DNA from: Nitrosopumilaceae archaeon
GTDB lineage: Archaea > Thermoproteota > Nitrososphaeria > Nitrososphaerales > Nitrosopumilaceae
Assembly (NCBI GenBank): GCA_965214835.1
Contig: CBDCCK010000002.1
Location: 1,472,001-1,536,000, forward strand
Direction: 5' to 3'
DNA: 64,000 nucleotides
Shown in pieces: positions 41,049 through 50,769 of this stretch (the stretch's first letter is position 1; each line of letters begins with the position of its first letter). Both the position numbers and the translations under genes were made by a program. Below the pieces are notes generated by a model. It was given only the letters and a program-made list of their open reading frames with translations, was not told where the DNA came from and searched no databases.

Positions 41049-42371
41049 TTATCTTCCCAGGCCGATCGCTTTAAAGTCAATACCTGAAAACTTTTCTGGC
41101 TCAAAGATCCTTCGCGCATCTATGACCCTTGGCCTTTTCATGATCTTCCTCAATTTGTTCTCGCCCAGTCTCCTGTACGTGTCCCATTCAGTCAAGATTA
41201 GACAGCAGTCTGAATTCTTTAAACACGACGCAACGGATTTTGAATACTCGATCTTTCCATCAAAAATTTTTTCAAAATTCGCCATTGCCATGGGATCGTG
41301 AACCTTGATTTTTATTCCCCGTCTTAACAGCAACTTGGCAATCTTTACTGAAATGGCCTCTCTGATGTCATCTGTGTCTTTTTTAAACGCAAGCCCCAAG
41401 ATTGAGACGGTTCTTCCCTTTTTGTAAACCCCCATCTCTTTCATTAGTTGAACAATCTTTTTTGGCTGTAGATCATTTACGTTTTTTACTGCCTCAAAAA
41501 ACCTGTCTGAATCAGACTGCTTTTTTGAATAGTGGATCAGCCCCTTCAAATCTTTGGGCAGACAGCTGCCGCCGAATCCAGGACCTGCTTTTAAAAACAG
41601 CGGTCCTGTGCGTGGATCCTTGCTAATCGCATACGTTATGGCATTCACATCCGAATTTGGAATATTTTGGCACACGTTTGCAATCGAGTTGATAAAGCTG
41701 ATCTTTGTTGCAAGAAACGCATTGTTTGCATATTTGATCAGTTCGGCATTCGAATAGTCCGTATGAATGACCTCGGGCATCTTTGAATAAAATTTTCTGT
41801 AATATCTTTCAAGCATCATGCCATGGGATCTCTCGTCTTCTCCTATTAAGATTAGATGGGGCTTTGACAAGTCCTTTATGGCAAATCCCTCCTTCAAAAA
41901 TTCCGGATTTACCACCAGAACTAGCCTGTCTTTCTCAATCAGCGTTTTGACTATGGGCCGAATGACATTCTTTGTGGTCAGCGGCGCCAGCGTGCTTTTG
42001 ACAACCAGCATGTGTCTTCTTTTTTTGTCTTTCAAGGCCGAGTTTATCTGGGAAACTGCCTTCTTTACAAACGAGAGGTCTATCTCTCCGGACACTTTTG
42101 ACGGGGTTCCTACTGTAAGAAACGTGATATCCGTCTCCCTTATCGATGAGATGTCCGTTGTAAATCTTATCTTTTCATTTTTTATGGATTTTTTTAGAAT
42201 ATCTTCCAATTGTGGCTCATAAAAGTCTGGAATCCCCTTTTTCAACCCGTTTATCTTTTCATCGTTACTGTCTATTCCCACCGTGTAAAACCCTTTTTTG
42301 GAATTGACCGCTGCCAGGGATAGGCCAACAAACCCCAAACCCACTACGGAAATCTTGTCCATGCCTGCCAT
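41049..42371 (-). CDS. ugd: UDP-glucose/GDP-mannose 6-dehydrogenase family protein
   Basis: VVGLGFVG, VGTP, VKST, NPEFLKEG, AELIKYANNAFLATKISF, GFGGSCLPKD, GLAFKKDTDDIRE. Confidence 0.93.
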   Translation of the reverse strand: MAGMDKISVVGLGFVGLSLAAVNSKKGFYTVGIDSNDEKINGLKKGIPDFYEPQLEDILKKSIKNEKIRFTTDISSIRETDITFLTVGTPSKVSGEIDLSFVKKAVSQINSALKDKKRRHMLVVKSTLAPLTTKNVIRPIVKTLIEKDRLVLVVNPEFLKEGFAIKDLSKPHLILIGEDERSHGMMLERYYRKFYSKMPEVIHTDYSNAELIKYANNAFLATKISFINSIANVCQNIPNSDVNAITYAISKDPRTGPLFLKAGPGFGGSCLPKDLKGLIHYSKKQSDSDRFFEAVKNVNDLQPKKIVQLMKEMGVYKKGRTVSILGLAFKKDTDDIREAISVKIAKLLLRRGIKIKVHDPMAMANFEKIFDGKIEYSKSVASCLKNSDCCLILTEWDTYRRLGENKLRKIMKRPRVIDARRIFEPEKFSGIDFKAIGLGR

Positions 42372-42835
42372 GTTGTATTTGAACCATGATCTTGCACAAT
42401 AAATAAATATCACCTACGAAAAATTTACCCGTTTTTTGATCCTGTTGATTTTTCAGACATTTGTGCAATCCTTGCAACATCTGCTGCTTTTTGACCGTTC
42501 CCTTGCTGGAGCTGTTTTTTCATAACGCATCTGAAAAATCGTAACAGGTAGGGCCCTGGAAGTTCAGGCACGGGTTTTGCCGTCCTGGAGGTCTCCCAGG
42601 ATCCGAACTGCTGCGTCTGGCGTGTGTATCGTCTGCACCAAAATCCGGCAGGATTGCAGGCAGATCAGCGGGGATCCGACTCTTGCTGGATCCAAACCCG
42701 CCCGGTATTGGGCTTGTCGCACGTATCCCTTGACTGCTGAAAAGGGATGGAGTGTATGGGAACAGCCTTCCGCCTTTTGGACAAAGCGCCCCACCTCCCA
42801 ACTGCTTGCATGACGGGCCCGCCTTGGCGGCCTGA

Positions 42836-43915
42836 CTAGAAGCTGTCTTTCAGGATCCGGACGATTTTTTCGGATGCGCCACCGCGCCCGTATGGGGGGG
42901 GGGATCTACGTGCCCTGAGAGACGGCAGATTCGCAGCATCCATCATGGATTTCTGTATTTGTGGAGGCGATGTTCCGGCCATCAACGCATAACCGGATGC
43001 GATCGACTCTGGACGATCGGTGGTTTTTCGGATCACGACTGCCCTTTTTCTGATCGACGGTGCGGTTACCTCTTCTTGAATCCCGCCCGAGTCGGTGACA
43101 ACGAACGAGGATCTCTTCATAAGTTCCAGCATGTCAAAGTATCCTGCAGGATCCAGCAAGGTGAATCTTTTTGATCTTTTCATCTTTTCCAGGAGGCCAA
43201 GATGAGTCAGCCGCTTTTTTGTTCTGGGGTGAACGGGAAAGACAAAGCGCTGCTGTTTGCAACCAAGCAGTGCGCCGATTATCGAGGACAGGGATGCGTC
43301 GTCATCTATGTTCTCTGATCGGTGCAGGGTCAGCAGGGCATAGTCGTCGATGCCGATGTCAAGAGTGGACTTTGCCCGGGAGATCCTTGCATACCTTTCA
43401 ACAGAGTCAATCACCGTGTTTCCCGTCACGTGGATCCTTCCGTGGACGCATTCGGCAAGCAGGTTTGCCCTAGAGGTCTTTGTCGGCGCAAACAGAATCT
43501 CCGAGACGTGATCGACGCAGATCCTGTTGTGCTCTTCTGGCATCCTCCAATCGAAGCTCCTCAGCCCGGATTCGACATGGCTTACAGGAATCCTGGATTT
43601 TAGCGATGCGACAGCGGAGGCCAGAACCGTGTTTGTATCCCCCTGCACTATAACGGTGTCAGGTTTTGCCTTGTCAAGTATTTTGGAAAGCCGGATCATG
43701 ATCTCGCCCATCTGAACGGCCGGGACGGACTTTGAAACCTGCAGGGAATAGTCGGGTCTGCGCAGTCCGAGCTGCTCAATCAAGTCCATGCCCATCAAGC
43801 GATCGTAGTGCTGTCCGGAGAATATCAATGCGGAGTCTCTCTTGCGCAGCCGGCTTATGACCGGAGCAAGCTTGATTATCTCCGGCCTGGTTCCCACTAC
43901 AACGGCAGTCTTCAT
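42836..43915 (-). CDS. wecB: UDP-N-acetylglucosamine 2-epimerase (non-hydrolysing)
   Basis: GTRPEIIK, GQHYD, VQGDTNT, HVESGLRS, PEEHNR, TDSGGIQEE, PYGRG. Confidence 0.95.
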   Translation of the reverse strand: MKTAVVVGTRPEIIKLAPVISRLRKRDSALIFSGQHYDRLMGMDLIEQLGLRRPDYSLQVSKSVPAVQMGEIMIRLSKILDKAKPDTVIVQGDTNTVLASAVASLKSRIPVSHVESGLRSFDWRMPEEHNRICVDHVSEILFAPTKTSRANLLAECVHGRIHVTGNTVIDSVERYARISRAKSTLDIGIDDYALLTLHRSENIDDDASLSSIIGALLGCKQQRFVFPVHPRTKKRLTHLGLLEKMKRSKRFTLLDPAGYFDMLELMKRSSFVVTDSGGIQEEVTAPSIRKRAVVIRKTTDRPESIASGYALMAGTSPPQIQKSMMDAANLPSLRARRSPPPYGRGGASEKIVRILKDSF

Positions 43916-44094
43916 AGAATAAGTATACAAACCCGGAACTTGTTATTAATTTATGCCAGTTCAGAAACCCCGATATTGTCGGATCATTTGGACAGGCACA
44001 CGGGACGCAACCCTCACTCAGACATTGACATTTTTTTGTAATCCTGCAAAACTTTCACATATGATTCTGGAGTGCCGACATCCAGCCTTTTTTC

Positions 44095-44203
44095 GTAACA
44101 GGCCGGGCTCTGGAAGTTCAGGCACGAATTTTACCATCAAAGAAGGCCGATCAAACAGAATTTGTGCCTGAAATCATAAATCACTTCGAGCCCGATCAGC
44201 TAC
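44095..44203. mobile_element. MITE family B
   Basis: GTAACAGGCCGGGCTCTGGAAGTTCAGGCACG...GAGCCCGATCAGCTAC, homologous to 26727-26837. Confidence 0.85.
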
Positions 44204-44385
44204 TCAAAATGGCCGCCTCAGAATACTTTAGGACGTGTTCCATCAAGATTGACATCTACAAGTATCTTGAGTGCAGCGTGTGAGGCGAAATTTTCAATGA
44301 TCATCAGTATGGTTTTGATTAGTCGCCTCTCAGCCTCGGAGCTTTGCGGTGCTTTTGAGCCTGCTGAAAAAAGCAGGCCGGAGAC

Positions 44386-45370
44386 TCAAAGCATCTCCCT
44401 CATCAGATCCACAAGGGACTCGGCCGCCTTGTCGTTTGTGAGGTTCTCCAACGTGTGCCTTTTTCCGCGCGCCGCTATCTGCTCCCACTTTGGATCATCC
44501 GGAGAGGCCAGGTATTCTTCGAACCTTTTTTTGTAGTTCTTAGAGTCGATAAACACGGCGTTCTCCCCGTCACGGAATCCCAGATGTCCGCAGTCGCTTT
44601 CCTCTGAGACCTGCATGAATGTCAGGCATCCGGCAGCCGTGGACTCGTAGTACTTGACGGCGGGAAAGTACCTTGATGCAGCTATGGCTGCCCTGTACCG
44701 TGACAGGTGTGTAATAAAGTCCGGATGTCCGCCGTGCACACACGGCCCCGAATAGTCAACATATGGCAGGTTTTTGCATTTTCTCCTCAGTTTATACTGA
44801 TGCCAGATATAGGCCTCCGTGGGTCTTAAAACACTATTTTTCAGCAAATTGATGATCTTCATCCCCCCCTAGCCTGCCGGTGAGCAGGATCTGATCCTTC
44901 TTCCTGTCTTTGAATGCAGGCCCCCTGGGCAAATCGGGCTCGACGCCGTATGTTATCGTCTTGTATTTGAAGCTGCTTGGAAAGTACTTGTAAAAGTAGC
45001 TCCGTGGCATAAAGTTGAAACAGCAGTCGATCTTCCATTTTTCGTGAAATCCAATCAGATCCCAATGTCTTATACGGTGGGGATCGTGCGTATGGGCGAT
45101 CACCGGAATGTCAAGCTTTCTGACGTTTTCCAGGTGGGGCGTGCTCATGTCGCTGTTGGTGCACAGTATGACGTCATATCTGCCCCTGAGCTTTGCCGCA
45201 TCAAAGCTCCGTTCTGCGGGAAAATAGCCCATCTGCAGATGCCTGTTTCTTTTCAGGGCGTGAAAGAAAAAATAGTACCTGTTGTTAATGGAGTTGCTTT
45301 TGTTATAGTATCCCCACGACGGCCTGTAGATAAAGGCCGCCCTGATCTGGTTTTCTTCGGATTCGCTCAT
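44386..45370 (-). pseudogene. Glycosyltransferase-like (CgeB/Glyco_trans_1_2-like) gene split by a frameshift at a G7 tract
   Basis: ORFs 44834..45370 and 44386..44862; KYYESTAAGCLTF, GFRDGENAVFI. Confidence 0.7.
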
Positions 45371-45408
45371 TTTGACCTCCTTGGCTGGGAATCCTGCCTT
45401 TTTATATT

Positions 45409-45488
45409 AGACCTTATGCATAATCGACCTGAATGAGGCGAGTTTGTTCGCAATAATCCTAGATCTGAACCGATTACGCATAAAGTCT
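45409..45488. mobile_element. MITE family D (80 bp), 3-bp ATT duplication
   Basis: TIR AGACCTTATGCATAATCG / CGATTACGCATAAAGTCT; the empty site is seen in the duplicate arm at ~50730. Confidence 0.85.
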
Positions 45489-45589
45489 ATTTTACAGCCT
45501 CATGCGAAGTCTAATGCCTCTGGGTTTCATCTGAATTGCAATCCCAGCTGCAACTTCAAGCCGTTCGACCATGATGATCTGGCGTAGTA

Positions 45590-45766
45590 TCTACGTCAGC
45601 CATCTGTTCATCTTTACCATCTTTATCTCGCCTCTGCGCAGCATGACGCGTATGGACTTTTGCAGCTCGCCGACGGTCCTGTACAGGCGGTTTGCAGTCG
45701 CCTTTTTGACCCCACGCCACTGCCCCTCTATCGGGCTCAGCTCCGGCGTGTACGGCGGCAGGAATT
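45590..45766 (-). pseudogene. IS630 C-terminal remnant
   Basis: Homologous to 40740-40916 (FLPPYTPELSPIEGQW). Confidence 0.75.
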
Positions 45767-45772
45767 AGGCGA

Positions 45773-47221
45773 CATCCATCCATGGTAAAACGCCCGCCAG
45801 TAACATGGCAACGTTCCTTTCGTCTTCTGATCCGTGCCTAGTCGGCCGGGCCGTGCTTTATAGCTAACGCTAGCAATACGCACGAGCCAGTCCTGTCGCA
45901 CCTGCCAGGGTGCGGCCGATCATTGGGTGGGTGGGGGATGGAAGGTGGTAATCCTATGCCGTTCCCACCAGTTCTGTCACCCTCTTGATCTTCCTGTCGT
46001 ACAGTGCAGCATTGCGCGATGAATACGCAGTCTTTGTCGTCAGCATGTGCCAGATTATCCTGAGCATCTTGTTTGCAACATGCGTTATCGCTATGACGTG
46101 GCTGTTGCCGTTCCTTTTGCGGATCCTCTCGTAGAACTCTTTCATCCTGTCGTCGTGCTGTGCGGCGACGTTGGCTATCTGGCCCATCAGCCATTTGATC
46201 CTGCGGTTTGCATCCTTTTTCATGCGGCCGTGGTACTCGCGGTCCCCAGACTGGTACACCCGGGGACACATGCCGGCCCAGGACACCAGATGATTCGGTG
46301 ATGGAAACCGGGTTATGTCGCCGATCTCTGCCAGCAGCAGCATTGCAGCAAACGAGTCTATCCCCGTCATACTCAGCAGCAGCTTTGCGTCCTCGTTCAG
46401 TCCCGCCTGTCTTCCTATGTCCTCCTCCATCTGGCCTATCTCCTCTGTGACCGATGCAATCCTCCGGGTACAGCTTGCCAGTATCCTGTTGTCGTTTGGC
46501 ATGTCCAGTTTTGTCTCGGACAGCTTCCGTATGGCCTTCCTAGAGTACATCGTGGATGCATCTATGGTTATGTCGTACTTGTCAAGCCAAGCTGTGCAGC
46601 CCGTTTACGACTGCGGTCCTCTCCTGCACCATCCGTATCCTGTACCTCATCAGCTCCCTGACATCCCTCAGGTCTGGAGGGGCCACGTAGCATCGTGGTA
46701 TGATTCCGGCCCTGAGCGTGTCGGTTATCTTCCTTGCGTCTATCGGGTCAGTCTTTACGCTGGTCTCCGATACTATCTTCATCTTGAGGGTGTTTGCAAG
46801 CAGTATGGGGATATGCTGATCCTCGAACGCCCTGAACGTCTTCAGCCACGTGTTGCCCGTTGACTCGCACGCGGCCTGGCACCTTTTGTACTCTTTTTTC
46901 AGCCTGGCTGCAAGCCTTGCTGCCTCCTTGTACGTGTTGTCATACGAGCCCTCCTCCAGTACGTGTCCCTTGGCGTCGATGACGCACACTACACATCTTC
47001 TCTTTCCAATGTCTATTCCTATGTTTATCAATCCTTTTGTTTCACCTCCTCTCGGATCATGGTTCGACGGATCAGAAGCTGCAGTCATCCATCAGTGCGC
47101 GAAGCACAGGAACACAGCAGCGCGGATATCCCCATTCAACTACGAGTGCGCGAAGCACATGAAAATGAAGGGGTTGATCCATCACCCTGACTACGGCGGG
47201 GGTGTTTTTATCATGTGTTCA
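45773..47221 (-). mobile_element. IS110-family element with CA core at both ends; transposase (~47031..45954) frameshifted near 46587
   Basis: IGIDIGK, CESTG, KTDPIDA, TGID, WAGMCPRVYQSG; CA at 45773-45774 and 47220-47221. Confidence 0.88.
47060..47200 (-). ncRNA. Predicted IS110 bridge RNA (target-binding and donor-binding loops)
   Basis: Two identical hairpins (AGTGCGCGAAGCACA at 47094-47108 and 47145-47159) inside internal loops whose guides match the element ends and the right flank. Confidence 0.8.
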
Positions 47222-47229
47222 ACTACTGC

Positions 47230-47322
47230 TATAGTGACGATTAAAAGTTTTTGAGCGCATGTGGGCATAAGCTACGCTGGAAGGCGCCTTTTGATGATCA
47301 AAGACTTTTAATCGCCACTATA
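47230..47322. mobile_element. MITE family C (IS630-type, TA flanks)
   Basis: TATAGTGACGATTAAAAGT / ACTTTTAATCGCCACTATA. Confidence 0.8.
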
Positions 47323-47343
47323 GGAGAAGAATTCCTGATACAC

Positions 47344-47485
47344 ATGACTGATATCATAACGTGGCCCAACTTCTTCTATGTGGCCCCTCAAAAGACAGGA
47401 ACGACTACGATGTACCATGTTCTGAGGGGGATCCGTGAGATGTATGTACCTTCCATGAAGGAGATGGCTTACTTTACACGCCGTA
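47344..47485 (+). pseudogene. Sulfotransferase N-terminal fragment
   Basis: WPNFFYVAPQKTGTTTMY...KEMAYF resembles the 5'-PSB PAPS-binding motif; homology is lost afterwards. Confidence 0.65.
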
Positions 47486-47844
47486 TCACCAAGAAGCAGT
47501 CCTTGGGAATGTTAAACATGGTTTTATCTGGAGCTCGGTCTTTTTTAGAGGTTCGCTGCCTGCCGGACCTTGAAAGGTTGTTTAGATTTGCCATGATTTT
47601 TGACCATACCCGACTAATGTTGAAAAATCAGGTTTTTAAGTGGAACTGGGACATTAACTGGTGTTTGTTCCCCTTGGGACCAGGTTGTGGCCGATGAGGC
47701 CAAGGAGCTGATATCCCGTAGATGTAGGTTCGTCGGCATACTGCCCAACGGCAAGGTGGTGCTGGAAAGGCAGGACGTGAACCGCAGTAGGTTCACATCT
47801 GCAAAGACTGGATTTAAATTGTCTTGGGAGTCATCCTGCAATCA

Positions 47845-49293
47845 ATGCCACCAATTGTCCCCAAAAAGGTAGGCGGCTCACAGTATGTCATAGAGCCTGA
47901 TTCTACAAATGACATGAGGATCCCCGTCAGGATATATGCAAGCGAGGATCTGATCTCAAAAATGATGACGGATCGAACCCTGAAGCAGGCCGCAAACGTC
48001 GCATCCATGCCCGGAATCGTAAGCCACGGGGTGGTACTGCCTGACGGCCACGAGGGATACGGGTTTCCTGTCGGAGGCGTCGCGGCCATGGATGCAGAGG
48101 AGGGAATGATCAGCCCCGGCGGCGTGGGATACGACATCAACTGCGGGGTCAGGCTGCTCCGGACAAGCCTTTCTGAAGATCAGGCCCGCGCAAGACTAAG
48201 GGATCTGGTCACTGACCTGTTCGGATCCATTCCCTCGGGCGTGGGCTCCAAGGGGGCAGTAAGGTTGAGCCGCTCCCAGCTAGACGAGGTCCTCGTCCGC
48301 GGAGTCAGCTGGGCAATCGATAACGGGTACGGGACTGCCGGCGACAGGGACGTCTGTGAGGAGAATGGCGAGATCAGGCAGGCAGACCCCGGCAAGGTCT
48401 CTGACAGGGCCCGAAAGCGGGGTGCGCCGCAGCTTGGAAGCCTCGGCTCTGGCAACCACTTTTTGGAGATTCAAAAGGTGGCAGAGGTTCATGACGAGGA
48501 GGCGGCCGGACGGATGGGGCTTGAGGAGGGCTCCATTACCGTGCTGATCCACTGCGGCTCCCGCGGGCTTGGCCACCAGGTATGCAGCGACTATCTCAGG
48601 ATCTGCGAGCAGTCCATGCGGAAATACGGCATTGATCTGCCAGACAGGGAGCTTGCATGCGTTCCAAACGCGTCCGAGGAGGGTGAATCGTACAGGAAGG
48701 CCATGTTTGCGGCGCTGAACTTTGCCTGGAGCAACCGCCAGATGATTACGCACTGGACGAGAAGGTCGTTTGAGCGCGTCTTTGGGATGTCCGAGTCAGA
48801 CCTGGACATGAGGCTGGTATACGACGTATCCCACAACATTGCCAAGGTTGAAAAACACAGGGTGGATGGAGGGGAGAGAAGCCTCGTCGTGCACAGAAAG
48901 GGTGCAACGCGGGCGTTTCCTGCCAATCGCGAGGAGGTCCCGCAAAGGTACCGCGATATCGGCCAGCCCGTGTTCATTCCCGGCTCCATGGGTACTGCAA
49001 GCTGGGTGCTGCTCGGCCAGCCCGGATCCATGGATCTGAGCTTCGGCTCCACAGCGCACGGGGCAGGCAGGACGATGTCAAGATCAAGGGCGCGCAGGAG
49101 CTTTACCGAGCACGACGTCAAAAAGTCCCTGGGCGACAGGGGCATCTACATCAAGGCGCTGACCAGGGACGGCGTGGTCGAGGAGACTCCCCAGGCCTAC
49201 AAGGACGTCGACTCCGTCGTGGACGTCTCGCACGGCTTGGGAATCGCAACAAAGGTCGCCAAGCTAACCCCGGTTGGAGTGATCAAGGGTTGA
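47845..49293 (+). CDS. rtcB: RNA-splicing ligase RtcB
   Basis: LPDGHEGYGFPVGG, GYDINCG, LGSGNHFLE, HCGSRG, SHNIAK, HRKGATRA, HGAGR. Confidence 0.97.
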   Translation: MPPIVPKKVGGSQYVIEPDSTNDMRIPVRIYASEDLISKMMTDRTLKQAANVASMPGIVSHGVVLPDGHEGYGFPVGGVAAMDAEEGMISPGGVGYDINCGVRLLRTSLSEDQARARLRDLVTDLFGSIPSGVGSKGAVRLSRSQLDEVLVRGVSWAIDNGYGTAGDRDVCEENGEIRQADPGKVSDRARKRGAPQLGSLGSGNHFLEIQKVAEVHDEEAAGRMGLEEGSITVLIHCGSRGLGHQVCSDYLRICEQSMRKYGIDLPDRELACVPNASEEGESYRKAMFAALNFAWSNRQMITHWTRRSFERVFGMSESDLDMRLVYDVSHNIAKVEKHRVDGGERSLVVHRKGATRAFPANREEVPQRYRDIGQPVFIPGSMGTASWVLLGQPGSMDLSFGSTAHGAGRTMSRSRARRSFTEHDVKKSLGDRGIYIKALTRDGVVEETPQAYKDVDSVVDVSHGLGIATKVAKLTPVGVIKG

Positions 49294-49694
49294 GCGACGA
49301 CTCGGAGCTGGAGCGGCTAAAGGCAAAAAGGCTCGAGGAGATGCGAAACAACATCTCCTCGCAGCAAGGCCCGGAGCCTGCGCCTGCCGGTGAACGGCCC
49401 GGGCCTGCCAGCCATCGGGATGTTTTGCTGAGGAGCTTGGGCTACCGGGGCGAGGAGGTCCTGCGCAATGCCGAGGCGCAGTATCCGCACCAGACACCCG
49501 AGGTCGTCAGGAAGCTCGGCCAGCTTTTGGCATCCGGGGAGATCGACGAGCAGATTGACGGCGGCCAGCTCCTTGCACTGTTTCGCTCCATCGGGATAAA
49601 CGTCAGGATGGATACGAAAATCAGCGTAGAGCAGGACGGAAGGCTAGTGTCGCTGTCTGACAAGATAGGCATGGAGAGCAACGACGAGCCATGA
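49290..49694 (+). CDS. PDCD5-like double-stranded DNA-binding protein
   Basis: DSELERLKAKRLEEM N-terminus; overlaps the rtcB stop. Confidence 0.7.
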   Translation: MSDDSELERLKAKRLEEMRNNISSQQGPEPAPAGERPGPASHRDVLLRSLGYRGEEVLRNAEAQYPHQTPEVVRKLGQLLASGEIDEQIDGGQLLALFRSIGINVRMDTKISVEQDGRLVSLSDKIGMESNDEP

Positions 49695-50002
49695 CCCTGT
49701 TTGAGGCAGGCACCACCCGATATGGTGACGATGTCCTGCAGATCAAAAAGGCACTGTCGCACCTGGAGACTAGTTGCGGCGCACCTGGCACATATGTTCT
49801 GGGCCCGCCCGTATCAAGGTTCGGCTGGACCTTCTTTCAGATTACAATGAAGCCTGCACTCATCGACGGCATAGAAAAGAAATTTGCAGAGATGATCCGG
49901 AGGTACCGGGAGGGAAAACCCGAGGAAAGACTCGTCAAATTCCTGTCTGACTTTTTTGAGTCGCGCGGCTGTAAGATAAGACTAAAGATTGTAGAGTACT
50001 AG
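49691..50002 (+). CDS. Conserved hypothetical protein
   Basis: ATGA-coupled to the upstream gene; plausible composition. Confidence 0.65.
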   Translation: MTLFEAGTTRYGDDVLQIKKALSHLETSCGAPGTYVLGPPVSRFGWTFFQITMKPALIDGIEKKFAEMIRRYREGKPEERLVKFLSDFFESRGCKIRLKIVEY

Positions 50003-50538
50003 ACCCTTCTTCCCCTCTTGCCGCCCTTTTTTCTCGTCGTGTCGTGCGGGATCGGCGTCACGTCGTCAATCCTCCCGATCTTGAACCCGCCCCTTGCAAG
50101 GGCCCTGATTGCTGCCTGCGCGCCCGGGCCCGGAACCCTTGAGCCGACCCCGCCGACTGCCCTCACCCTGATGTGAAAGCCCGCAAAGCCCTTTGTGCGC
50201 GCAGCCTCTACCACCTGGTTTGCAGCCTTCATTGCGGCAAACGGCGATGACTCGTACCTGTCTGCGTTTACGTGAATCCCGCCCGAGCTGATCGAGACCG
50301 TCTCGGCGCCGGTAAGGTCTGTCATGTGGATGATTGTGTTGTTGTAGCTGCTGTAGATGTGGGCGATTCCCCACTTTTCAACCTCCTCCTTTTTTGCCTC
50401 GGGGACAGCCTGTGCCTTTTGCTCTACTATGTCCCTGGCCTTTTGCTCTATGTCCCTCGTCTCCTCGGCTATGTCCCTCGTCTCCTCGGCCGGAACCTCT
50501 GTCTCTTGAACCTCTACCTGCGCTTCAGTCTCTGACAA
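49999..50538 (-). CDS. rps11: 30S ribosomal protein S11 with acidic N-terminal extension
   Basis: [59 protein letters not shown]; TTG start inferred. Confidence 0.95.
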   Translation of the reverse strand: MSETEAQVEVQETEVPAEETRDIAEETRDIEQKARDIVEQKAQAVPEAKKEEVEKWGIAHIYSSYNNTIIHMTDLTGAETVSISSGGIHVNADRYESSPFAAMKAANQVVEAARTKGFAGFHIRVRAVGGVGSRVPGPGAQAAIRALARGGFKIGRIDDVTPIPHDTTRKKGGKRGRRV

Positions 50539-50625
50539 TGCTAACACAACTCCCAAGGGGCTTAAAAAACATTGAGTCACGGTTAACTTGCTGCACAACT
50601 GTGCCTGAACGCGTAAAAACGTAAC

Positions 50626-50715
50626 GTACGAGGTCACCTGTACCTGTCAGTCAGGCACGAATTAACATGCACAGCTATGGTTTTCGTGCCTGCCAGCAAG
50701 GACGTGACCTCGTAC
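50626..50715. mobile_element. MITE family A
   Basis: GTACGAGGTCAC...CAGGCACGAATT...GTGACCTCGTAC; no TSD. Confidence 0.82.
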
Positions 50716-50769
50716 GCGCATGAGGCTGTAAAATATAAAAAGACAGGATTCCCAGCCAAGGAGGTCAAA

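Larger units (their letters stand above)
44095..45507 (-). repeat. Left arm of a ~1.4-kb inverted duplication (partner 50716-52045)
   Basis: Near-identical ORFs on opposite strands; paired coordinates sum to 96140. Confidence 0.93.
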
